In this document: positions 54,883-63,559 of the stretch, piece by piece
Numbering within the stretch: position 1 is the first letter of the stretch
Layout of the letters: each line of letters starts with the position of its first letter
IMG/VR virus record: IMGVR_UViG_3300028172_000069
Strand: one strand, 5' to 3'
Length of the DNA: 64,000 nucleotides
Source of the DNA: a virus
Lineage: Duplodnaviria > Caudoviricetes
Program-made: the position numbers and the translations under genes
Notes under the pieces: generated by a model
Seen by the model: the letters and a program-made list of their open reading frames with translations, nothing else
What the model was told of the DNA's origin: nothing
The model's database searches: none

Positions 54883-55356
54883 ATGACCGCAAAAATCGTC
54901 GCCGCCCAAGCTCAGGCCAAACAAGCTCGCACCGAACTGACCGCCGCCAGCCGTGGCGTTACCAAGGCCTCGAAGACCGTCGTTACCCTTGAAGCCAAGC
55001 TGACTGCTGCTCTGGCTGAACTGAACACCGCAAGCGAGAAAGCCGAAGCTGCCCTCAAGAAGGCCGCCGCCGCGACCAACGCTCTGAACTCCGCTACCGC
55101 AGCGACCAAGAAAGTGCCGGCCGTCAAAGCACCGACCAACGCTCGTGGCACCAAGACCGAGAGCAAGCCAGTCGCCAAGAAGCCTACCCGTGCCGAACAG
55201 CGCGCTGCCGCCAAGCTGGCCAAGCCTGCTACCAAGCCAGCAGCCAAAGCTCCGGCCAAAGCCGCCAAGCCAGCGGCCAAGCCTGCCGTGAAAGCCCCAG
55301 TCAAGGCCAAGGCTGATAACGCCAAGAAGCCAGCAACCAAGGCCAAAGCCGCGTAA
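54883..55356 (+). CDS. Lys/Ala/Pro-rich histone H1-like protein with N-terminal coiled coil
   Basis: KPAAKAPAKAAKPAAK repeats. Confidence 0.8.
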   Translation: MTAKIVAAQAQAKQARTELTAASRGVTKASKTVVTLEAKLTAALAELNTASEKAEAALKKAAAATNALNSATAATKKVPAVKAPTNARGTKTESKPVAKKPTRAEQRAAAKLAKPATKPAAKAPAKAAKPAAKPAVKAPVKAKADNAKKPATKAKAA

Positions 55357-55381
55357 CTGACCGTCACCTGGGGATTCAAAC

Positions 55382-55606
55382 ATGAAAGACGTGGACCTCG
55401 TTGAAGATACGGAGACAAACGAACTGGCGCATCAAATCATGCTGCTGGAGCGGTCCCTTCGACAGAGCACGGGCCAGGTACCTCAAGGTGCCGTGCCGAA
55501 AGTGCGTAAGATCACGCACGCCAAGCCCGAGCCACGTCGCACCCTCAGTATTTCGCTGAGCGACGATCCTGGTATGGCCAAGCTGAATCGCACTCGCGGT
55601 CGGTAA
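55382..55606 (+). CDS. Hypothetical protein
   Basis: 74 aa, followed by a hairpin. Confidence 0.65.
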   Translation: MKDVDLVEDTETNELAHQIMLLERSLRQSTGQVPQGAVPKVRKITHAKPEPRRTLSISLSDDPGMAKLNRTRGR

Positions 55607-55626
55607 TTGCCAAACAAAACGTCAAA

Positions 55627-55650
55627 CTAACGGACCTTCGGGTCCGTTAG
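55627..55650 (+). terminator. UUCG hairpin, probable terminator
   Basis: CTAACGGACC-TTCG-GGTCCGTTAG. Confidence 0.65.
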
Positions 55651-55670
55651 CCATTTCAAGGAACTGAATT

Positions 55671-55991
55671 GTGCGCAACCTCATTATTGCATTAGCCGTT
55701 GTAGCCACGCCGGTCATGGCTGACTCTTACCTGATTTCCATCGACAGCGCCGACATGGCGAGGTTGACGCTCGAACAAAACCTGCCGCTCCCGAAGAACT
55801 CTTCGGTCGAGGGCAACCTGACATGGGGCACCATCGCAGTTGATGGGAAGCACACGCCCAAGTACCTAGACAAGGCGCAAACAATCGTCGTCCTGAGCAA
55901 GGACACCGAGCGCCGTTACCGCGCCAAGTGCGGTCGAGCCATCGCTCCCGCCTGCGTACAAACCATTCTGGCAGAAGAAGGTCATGACTAA
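55671..55991 (+). CDS. Exported protein (signal peptide)
   Basis: MRNLIIALAVVATPVMA signal; AAGGA RBS. Confidence 0.65.
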   Translation: MRNLIIALAVVATPVMADSYLISIDSADMARLTLEQNLPLPKNSSVEGNLTWGTIAVDGKHTPKYLDKAQTIVVLSKDTERRYRAKCGRAIAPACVQTILAEEGHD

Positions 55992-56361
55992 GCAACGCCT
56001 GACGAAAAAGCAGCAAGTGGAAAAGCGACGTAAAGCCCTAGAGGAGCAAGCTGCCGTAAGCAAACTCCTCAAAGGTCGTGGGAAATCGGATAAGCGTAAG
56101 TTAGCAGTCAACGCCCTTCCGACATTGCAATACGAAGACACTACAGGCTTTCGGACCCTACCCTCTGCGAGTACAGCCGGCGCGCAGAAGGCCAACAAGC
56201 CCGTAGACTATTCGGAGAACCCTGAAATGGCTGCCAGAGAAGCGGCTGCTCAGGAGGAGAAAGACAGGAAGCGGAAGCGGCTGGCCCCTGCATACAACAA
56301 GGGCCCTGTAATGTACATAACTGACGATACCAATCCGGCCGAACTCGGTCGTAAACTGTGA
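55984..56361 (+). CDS. Basic hypothetical protein
   Basis: 125 aa. Confidence 0.65.
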   Translation: MTKQRLTKKQQVEKRRKALEEQAAVSKLLKGRGKSDKRKLAVNALPTLQYEDTTGFRTLPSASTAGAQKANKPVDYSENPEMAAREAAAQEEKDRKRKRLAPAYNKGPVMYITDDTNPAELGRKL

Positions 56362-56371
56362 GACTTCAAAC

Positions 56372-57229
56372 ATGAACGTTCAACGTGCTAGCCAAACCGA
56401 AAGCACTACCAATGCCCTTCAATATGCCAACAAGCAGATCGACCAGTTCGTCGCTCGCGGCCGACTGACATTCAGCGAGCTGGCGCTGATCGTCGAAGCC
56501 CTATACGCCATGAGCCGCCTCAGCGGCAGCACGGTGTTTGCGTATGCTCTGCTGTCCCGCGCCAAGGTGCTGCTGCTGGACGATCGTGGGTTCTTCACCA
56601 TCAACGATCACGGTGATGCGGTCGATCACCAGATTCCGCAGTTCCTGCGTGACCTGCCGTTCTACCTGAACCACATGGTGAAGGGTGAGCACGCTGGCGA
56701 ATTCGTTCCACTGTTCGCGCTCGACCTCGACGCCAACACCGTGGTTCTCAAGAACACCATCTGGGTGCGCAGTCAGGAGAAGAAAATCTACCTGCCTGTT
56801 GCCCTTGGTGCAAACGCCGTCGATGCCTTTCAGGTCGACGACAACAAGCACTGCGCCGTAGCAATGCCTGTGCTCCACATGCAACACAACAAGCCACGCT
56901 GCGCAATCATTCAGGTACCTGCTGGCGTCTTCGACGAGGTGCGCGAAATGGTTGATGCAGGCCACAAGACGATCAAGCTGCGCAAGAGCTTCGGTAGCCA
57001 GAAGCCCGGTGTCGAGGCCAGATCGGAACGTGCGATCCTTCCGCACATCACTGACTGGCGCGCTTTCCGTGCCGAGGAGTTTGGCGACTTCTGGAAAGGC
57101 TTCACTGCCTACGCTGGACAAGCCACCAAGCAGAATGCTGGAATGCCGAAGAACGTGGTTGATGCGATCACCCATACGCTGATCGCCATCCAGAAACCGT
57201 TGCCCGAGCTGTCTGCAACGATGTTCTAA
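56372..57229 (+). CDS. Hypothetical protein
   Basis: 285 aa. Confidence 0.75.
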   Translation: MNVQRASQTESTTNALQYANKQIDQFVARGRLTFSELALIVEALYAMSRLSGSTVFAYALLSRAKVLLLDDRGFFTINDHGDAVDHQIPQFLRDLPFYLNHMVKGEHAGEFVPLFALDLDANTVVLKNTIWVRSQEKKIYLPVALGANAVDAFQVDDNKHCAVAMPVLHMQHNKPRCAIIQVPAGVFDEVREMVDAGHKTIKLRKSFGSQKPGVEARSERAILPHITDWRAFRAEEFGDFWKGFTAYAGQATKQNAGMPKNVVDAITHTLIAIQKPLPELSATMF

Positions 57230-57335
57230 GGCGCCTTGCGCAAACACTGTAAACCGTTTAAACTGGCTGCGTGTGCAGCATGTAGCTCACAAGACATTGG
57301 TTACCAACTTAGGTTAGGTTAGAGAGGACTCAAAC

Positions 57336-58787
57336 ATGGCAATCACCAAAGACGATCTGAAAGGCATGGAAGGTAAGCGCATCACCATCGACGGCGTGCG
57401 CCACCGTGTCGCCAAGGTTGCGTTGAAGGCTGGTACCGTGCTGACCGAAGAAGGCGCAGAAGCGCACATGGATGGCATCTACAAACGCGGTCCTGGCTTC
57501 TTCTACGACACTCCAAAGAAAGGCAAGAAGAAAGCGGACAAGGCCGAAGCGAAGCCTGCCAGCACTCGCGCCCGTAGCCGCAACAAGAAGGACGAGGACG
57601 ACGACACTCCGACCGAGTCGCCACGTCAACGCCGTCGCCGTGAACGTCGTGAACGTGAAGCGGCCGAGAATGGCGGCAAGCCAACGTCCACCCGTGCGCG
57701 CAATCGCAACAAGAAGGACGACGATGACGAGCCGGCCACAAACAAACGCGCTCGCAAGGTGAGCCGTGACGAAGACGATGCAGGCTCTCCGGCCAAGGCC
57801 AAGAAAAAGAAAATGTTTACGAGCTTCGAGCAGGCCATCGCCGAGCGCCTGGCTCAGGAGATTCTCGAATACGTAGGCCCTGCACTCGCCACGCACGGTA
57901 CCTACAACGTCGTGCCCGTTGCCGTAGGTGCACGCTTCAACGACGACAGCGCCACCATCAATCTGACCTTCATGTCGGCTGCGAAGTCGGCGAAAGAAAT
58001 CAAGGCGTACATCCGCGATCACCGCGAATCCACCGACGTTGCTCCTGATGACGAGGATGACGACCAGCTGGATGACGACGACCTGGACGACGATGATGCA
58101 GATGACCAGGCCGTGACTGACGAACTTCTCGGCGAGCTGGATGTTGCTGACGCCAAGAAGATTGCACGTAAGCTCGGCCTCACCACCAAGAAGTCGATGG
58201 ACCTCGATGCTGTTATCGCCCTCATCCGTGAAGACGACGACAACGACGACGATACCATCCGTGAAGCTGCCGAGAAGGCGGGCGTTGAACTTCCCGAGGA
58301 AGACGACGACTCGGATGATGATTCGGACGACGATGACGACACCGATGACGATGACGACTCGGACGATGACATTGACGACGACGAGGCGGACGATGATACC
58401 GATACCGACCTTGACGACGATGACGACGACTCGGACGATGACGATGATTCGGATGACACCGATGACGATGATGGTGACGTGTCCGTTGACGACATGGTCG
58501 AAGCCATCACCGAAATCGCGCCGAAGCTCAACGCCGACAAGGTGCGCGGGTTTGTTGAAGCCTACCTGGCCAGCGACGAAATCGAAGAAAAGTTCGGCGA
58601 CGACATGGTCCCAGGTCAAACTCGCCTGACCGCCAAGGGTGACGACACCGAGTTCCTGCTGGTCGGTTACGACGAGGAAGAAGAAGAGGTCAAGCTGCTC
58701 AACCTCAGCAACAACAAGTTCCGCAGCAAGTCCATTGCCGATGCTGCGCGCATGGAAATCGTTGAAGACGACGACTCCGACGACTAA
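57336..58787 (+). CDS. Protein with basic N-terminus and long poly-Asp tracts
   Basis: 483 aa; GAGG RBS. Confidence 0.8.
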   Translation: MAITKDDLKGMEGKRITIDGVRHRVAKVALKAGTVLTEEGAEAHMDGIYKRGPGFFYDTPKKGKKKADKAEAKPASTRARSRNKKDEDDDTPTESPRQRRRRERREREAAENGGKPTSTRARNRNKKDDDDEPATNKRARKVSRDEDDAGSPAKAKKKKMFTSFEQAIAERLAQEILEYVGPALATHGTYNVVPVAVGARFNDDSATINLTFMSAAKSAKEIKAYIRDHRESTDVAPDDEDDDQLDDDDLDDDDADDQAVTDELLGELDVADAKKIARKLGLTTKKSMDLDAVIALIREDDDNDDDTIREAAEKAGVELPEEDDDSDDDSDDDDDTDDDDDSDDDIDDDEADDDTDTDLDDDDDDSDDDDDSDDTDDDDGDVSVDDMVEAITEIAPKLNADKVRGFVEAYLASDEIEEKFGDDMVPGQTRLTAKGDDTEFLLVGYDEEEEEVKLLNLSNNKFRSKSIADAARMEIVEDDDSDD

Positions 58788-58833
58788 CACCACCGGGGTC
58801 TTCGGGCCCCAACCACTAACATGAAGGTGCCGT

Positions 58834-59277
58834 ATGCTGTCTGCCATCAAAATGCTGTTTGAACTGTCCGTCGTTCCTGAGCTGGGTGTGAAGGTTCACC
58901 AAGAGTTCAACTCCGGCCTTGTAGAGCTGGTGCGTTCGATTGGTATTCACGTACGGCACACGCCTGTTGAGTTTGTTGCCTACCGCCCTACCGGTTTGAA
59001 GGAAGATCACTATCTGGTGATTATCCACACCAAGCAAGGTGCAGCGGTCGTGTACCACAATGACGAACCTGTTGGGGATCGCGACAGTGAGGCACTGCGT
59101 CGTATCCTCTTCATGGTTGAGCGTCACCTGCAAATCACGCTCTCCGAGTTGAATACCCAACTGCGCCATCACGCCGTAAACGCGATGGTGCGAACAAACG
59201 CGATCCGTCCGACGGAGCAAACGCTCACCGACATTATTGCCCAGTCGTGGAACGACGAACTCACTGGCAAAGCCTAA
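58834..59277 (+). CDS. Hypothetical protein
   Basis: 147 aa. Confidence 0.65.
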   Translation: MLSAIKMLFELSVVPELGVKVHQEFNSGLVELVRSIGIHVRHTPVEFVAYRPTGLKEDHYLVIIHTKQGAAVVYHNDEPVGDRDSEALRRILFMVERHLQITLSELNTQLRHHAVNAMVRTNAIRPTEQTLTDIIAQSWNDELTGKA

Positions 59278-59295
59278 CTCACTGAGTACAAGAAC

Positions 59296-59694
59296 ATGAT
59301 TAAGCACCTCCGAATGATTATGGCGGACTCCGAAACACCGTTCGCCGTGATGCCGTATGAAATGCTCAACCTCGATCCGGCCATGGACGACCTCGATGCC
59401 ACAGACGATGCGGTGATCGACAAGTTTGCGGAACTGAACGCGGTGATTGGCGTACACTCGCTGGTTGCCATTCCGGCCGTGACGTCCGGCGTTAACGGTG
59501 TGCTGGTCGTCCAATACGGCGATGATGTAGAGCACGACGACAACGCCCAGACGGTGGTTGAGATTTTCTGTGAACCGTTTGTCGATGCGCACGCCGAGAT
59601 GGTTGCCGCCGGTAAGGTGGCTGCTGACGCACCGGACCTGCTGGACCGTATGGGCGCTGCAAAGCTCAAAGGCTTGTTCGGCGAGAAAGTGTGA
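59296..59694 (+). CDS. Acidic hypothetical protein
   Basis: 132 aa. Confidence 0.7.
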   Translation: MIKHLRMIMADSETPFAVMPYEMLNLDPAMDDLDATDDAVIDKFAELNAVIGVHSLVAIPAVTSGVNGVLVVQYGDDVEHDDNAQTVVEIFCEPFVDAHAEMVAAGKVAADAPDLLDRMGAAKLKGLFGEKV

Positions 59695-59717
59695 ACTGTG
59701 CTCAGGAGGTACGAAGT

Positions 59718-61082
59718 ATGAACGCAGATGCACTCAACGCTGTCCTCAACAACCTGTACGGCCGCTCACTGCTGACCGTTGCAACAAACCGTGGCACGAT
59801 GGACCACATGAGGTTCACGTATCACGGCCGCATGGGCGATTCGGAGATTGACATTGTGCCTGCGCTACACACCACAGCGCTGCGGCAAATAGTTCTCGGT
59901 GCCATCAACGGCAACTTGCCGGACATGAACACCGTGGGTATGATGTACGCATCAGGCTTCGGTCTGAGCCAATCCCTGATCAAGGCGGAGGCTTGGGCCT
60001 GCTTCGCCATGATGCAGCCTGCGCCGAGCACGACTTACGCCGCAGCCATTGCTGCTCTAAAGCTTGACTACGAAGCCGCCAAGTCGACGGCCCGTAAAGA
60101 CTTCGTGTGGCCGAACGCCGTCGAGAAGACGATTGACGAGGTCATGCGCAAGTGCAACACGCAACAGAAATACACCGACCAACCGTTGCCGAGTGGTTGC
60201 ATCATCACTCCGCGCCTTGCAGGTGTTCGCATCAACCTGGTGTATCGTGCGTACAAGGTCGGTGATTCGTTCCACGCTTTTCTGTATGGTGGGTTCCTCC
60301 ATCTGGGTGAACGGATCATCTACACCATCGACGAACTAAACCAGCTGGGAGTGCCGCTTGAGCTGGGCATGCACGGCTCGCGCAAGATCATCACGAACTA
60401 TGCGCCGTTCGGCGAGTCCGCCAAGTTGTATGTGGTTCAAGGTACCCTGGTCATCCCGAAGCAGAAGCGCGATTTGCTGCGCGAACACTTCCCTGACTGC
60501 AACACCGTCAGTGCGCTGATGCACAGGTATCTGGAGAGTGTAAAGGATCCTCGCAGCACCGACTTCGATCATGTGGTCATTGAACTGCGGGAGAAGTTGA
60601 ATGAGGTCCTTAAAAAGCTCGTCAAGTATGAGGCCAACCCGAAGCGTTATGCGTCGGAACTGGCCAAGTACCAAAAGCGTAAACAAAAGCTAGAGCAACG
60701 CATCGAGAACAGCGCCGCCGAGATTGCAGCCGAACAGGAAGCATACTCCCGGCGGTTCCCCGAGCACTACTTGCGATTCGTGGCTTCCGGCATCTTTGTT
60801 TACCAGAATGGCAAGCTCATGGCACCACAGCTTCTGGTGAAAGAAAAGGTTCACCTCCAGTCGTTGGGCTTCCGTACACTGCACCATCCTGTAGTCGATT
60901 TCCTGGGTGTGGAATACACTGAGGACAAAGCTCTTTCTGGACTTGATAATATCATTGCTCAGTTCGAGCGGGCATTCGACGATCAGTACACGGTGACTGG
61001 GTTGAACATTCGACCAAGTCCCAAAAGTGTGAACATCAAGCGTTGCTTCTCTTATTCGAAGGTTAAAGGAGTCAAATCGTGA
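59718..61082 (+). CDS. Degenerate NAD+-dependent DNA ligase adenylation-domain-like protein
   Basis: AGGAGG RBS; ITPRLAGVRINLVY, VVQGTLVIP, LRFVASG, LQSLGF, YTVTGLNIR in LigA motif order with catalytic residues changed. Confidence 0.55.
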   Translation: MNADALNAVLNNLYGRSLLTVATNRGTMDHMRFTYHGRMGDSEIDIVPALHTTALRQIVLGAINGNLPDMNTVGMMYASGFGLSQSLIKAEAWACFAMMQPAPSTTYAAAIAALKLDYEAAKSTARKDFVWPNAVEKTIDEVMRKCNTQQKYTDQPLPSGCIITPRLAGVRINLVYRAYKVGDSFHAFLYGGFLHLGERIIYTIDELNQLGVPLELGMHGSRKIITNYAPFGESAKLYVVQGTLVIPKQKRDLLREHFPDCNTVSALMHRYLESVKDPRSTDFDHVVIELREKLNEVLKKLVKYEANPKRYASELAKYQKRKQKLEQRIENSAAEIAAEQEAYSRRFPEHYLRFVASGIFVYQNGKLMAPQLLVKEKVHLQSLGFRTLHHPVVDFLGVEYTEDKALSGLDNIIAQFERAFDDQYTVTGLNIRPSPKSVNIKRCFSYSKVKGVKS

Positions 61083-62146
61083 ACGACATTATCGGTGACG
61101 GCGAACGTCAACAGCAACAACTCGCATCCAGCGCCAAGCCAGTAGACGAAGGCAACACTGCCGGCCTGCCAGTTGATCGCGCCGCACAAACCGTTGGCGA
61201 GACCAACCTGGCTGCAAACGTCGATGACGGCGTCGATCTGGAAGAAGAGTTTGCACCTCGCAGCTTCGAGCAACTCCTGCGCGAAAGCGCTGGCATCGAA
61301 GGCCTGGTGCGCCTGACCGTGAAGCCCGAGCTGAACTTCGTGGTCAACCTGTTCAACGACGAAGTCCACAAGAAGCTGATCGAGCTGAACAGCTACGAGC
61401 TGGACGACCAGAAGTTCAACGTGATCCAGCCGCTGTCGAGCCTGAACGAACGCAGCCACCGCATCGGCGTACTGCGCAAGCCTCTGGCCGAGTTCGTCAA
61501 GGTCCTGGGTCAACTGCTCAACGGCGAAGAGCGCATCGTGGTCAGCGCCGACGGCGGTGGCACCATCCTGAACACCCTGGTGGCCGAGTACATCAAGGTC
61601 GCCGAGAACACCCTGTTCGCAAACTTCCCGGTCTACGAAGGCACTCCGGTGCTGGAGCTGGCGCCTGAAGAAGGCGAAGAAGAAGGCGAACTGCTCGACG
61701 CTCGCAACTACGTTCGCGTCCGTGCTCTGGTCCAACCGCAGCTGGATGACGATGATGCCGACGCGGCGGTGCGCAACGTTACGGTAACTGTGAAGTTCAT
61801 CGTACACCTGCGCATCCCGCTGCTGATCCGCGAGGAAAGCAACAAGTTCGAGCAGGTCATCAAGAAACACATGAAGTACCTGGAGAACGCTGGTATCAAG
61901 GCCGGCATGCCGACCACGATCTACGCGGGCTTCAACTCGCAGGACCTGATCGACGAGCCAGTGGCCGCCTGCTTCAACTGGATTCGCGAAACCGATCCAG
62001 AAGCCAGCGTCCTCAGCTTCCGCAACGTCGCAGAAGGCGGCGACTTCTTCGGCATCCAAGGCTTCGATGCTGACGAGTACGCAGACAACCTGTTCAACGG
62101 TGGCGATTTCCTCGTTGCCTTCAACCTCGAAAAAGATGGTGAGTAA
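61079..62146 (+). CDS. Acidic hypothetical protein
   Basis: 355 aa, GTG start, strong codon bias. Confidence 0.75.
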   Translation: MNDIIGDGERQQQQLASSAKPVDEGNTAGLPVDRAAQTVGETNLAANVDDGVDLEEEFAPRSFEQLLRESAGIEGLVRLTVKPELNFVVNLFNDEVHKKLIELNSYELDDQKFNVIQPLSSLNERSHRIGVLRKPLAEFVKVLGQLLNGEERIVVSADGGGTILNTLVAEYIKVAENTLFANFPVYEGTPVLELAPEEGEEEGELLDARNYVRVRALVQPQLDDDDADAAVRNVTVTVKFIVHLRIPLLIREESNKFEQVIKKHMKYLENAGIKAGMPTTIYAGFNSQDLIDEPVAACFNWIRETDPEASVLSFRNVAEGGDFFGIQGFDADEYADNLFNGGDFLVAFNLEKDGE

Positions 62147-62152
62147 TCAAAC

Positions 62153-62761
62153 ATGGCAAAGAAAGAGAAGAAAGAGAAGAAGGCGCGCAACACCGCGAAC
62201 CGTCTGACCCGTAGCGACAAGATCGCCAAGCGCCTGAAGAACATCAGCGCCAAGACCAGCTTCAAGGTCAAAAGCGCGATGTTCACCTTCACCGTCCTCG
62301 CCAAGCAAGCCGTTGAAATCGGCGGCTTCCTGGTGCAAGACAGCGGTGACACCGTCGTCCTGCGTCACAAGCGTACCAGCGCTTCGCAACGCATGGTCGT
62401 CAGCCGCTTCCACCGCAGCGAAGTGATCGAAGTCTTCGGTGCCGTCGGTGAAGTCTCTTCCGTCACCGTGATCCGCGAAGTGCCGATCCGCGAAGTTGTC
62501 GGTAAGCTGACCGACGACAGCAAGGGCGTCATGACCATCCAGACCGCTGGTGGTGAAACTGTGAAGCTGTATCAACATGACGGTGTTCGCATTACCGTCG
62601 TGGCCGAAGACGAAGCCGGTGCCGAGAAAGGCGAAGGCAAGAAGTCCAAGAAGGACAAGAAAGCCGACAAGGCTGAGAAGTCCGGCAAGAAGTCCAAGAA
62701 GTCGAAGAAAGCCAAAGACGAGGATGATGACCTCGACGATGACGACGACCTGGACGACTAA
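62153..62761 (+). CDS. Hypothetical protein with Lys-rich then Asp-rich tail
   Basis: 202 aa. Confidence 0.8.
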   Translation: MAKKEKKEKKARNTANRLTRSDKIAKRLKNISAKTSFKVKSAMFTFTVLAKQAVEIGGFLVQDSGDTVVLRHKRTSASQRMVVSRFHRSEVIEVFGAVGEVSSVTVIREVPIREVVGKLTDDSKGVMTIQTAGGETVKLYQHDGVRITVVAEDEAGAEKGEGKKSKKDKKADKAEKSGKKSKKSKKAKDEDDDLDDDDDLDD

Positions 62762-62876
62762 GCCCAGCTGATCGGCCGTAAGGCAAATCTGTAAAGTGTC
62801 GTTGTGAAAGCAGCGACACTGCTGCAAACTGTAAAATCTCATTGCATCAAACCTGACAAACAATCTGGAGTCAAAC

Positions 62877-63365
62877 ATGGCTAAGAAATCGAAGTCGAAG
62901 AAAGCGAAAGCCCCAGCGTTCTCCGCAGAAATGCTGACCGCTGGCCTGGCTGTCGCACTGCTGGCTCTCCTGCAGGAAATGAAGGAAGCCGGCGTCGAAA
63001 GCATCGACGATGCCATCGCAGTGGTGGGTTCGACCGTTCCGGAAGATTCGGACGACGATGACGACGATTCGGACGACGATGACGACGACTCGGAAGACGA
63101 CGACTCCGACGACGACGACGATGACGACGACGATTCCGATGATGATGATTCGGATGACGACGACGATGACGACGACGATTCGGACGATGACGACGACGAC
63201 TCGGACGACGACGATGATGATGACGACGACGATTCGGATGATGATGACGATGATTCGGACGACGATGACGACGACGATGACTCGGACGACGACGACGACG
63301 ATGACGACGACTCCGACGATGACGACGACGATGACGACGATGACGACGAAGAAGACTTCGACTGA
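62877..63365 (+). CDS. Poly-Asp protein (about two thirds SDn repeats)
   Basis: GGAG RBS; short folded N-terminus then DSDDDDDD repeats. Confidence 0.8.
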   Translation: MAKKSKSKKAKAPAFSAEMLTAGLAVALLALLQEMKEAGVESIDDAIAVVGSTVPEDSDDDDDDSDDDDDDSEDDDSDDDDDDDDDSDDDDSDDDDDDDDDSDDDDDDSDDDDDDDDDDSDDDDDDSDDDDDDDDSDDDDDDDDDSDDDDDDDDDDDEEDFD

Positions 63366-63559
63366 TTCGGCCTCACCATCGGCGCGCGGCCTAGCCTGCC
63401 TAGCTGCATAAGCGAGCGGCCGCACCGTTTCAAGCGAGGGTGAGTAATCGCCCTCGTGCGTCACAAGTTTGCGCATACTAATTCATTGTATGCTGAAAAC
63501 GCAATTCGACCCCGATAAGAATTCGCGGTCTAATCCCCATTCGAACAGGAATTACTGGC

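Noticed and set aside
58795-58810. GGGGTC-TTCG-GGCCCC hairpin as a terminator
   Set aside because: No U-tract follows; may only be a stabilising or processing hairpin.
63050-63360. Highly repetitive GACGACGAT tracts resembling an array
   Set aside because: In-frame poly-Asp coding repeats with no constant repeat/unique spacer structure; not CRISPR.
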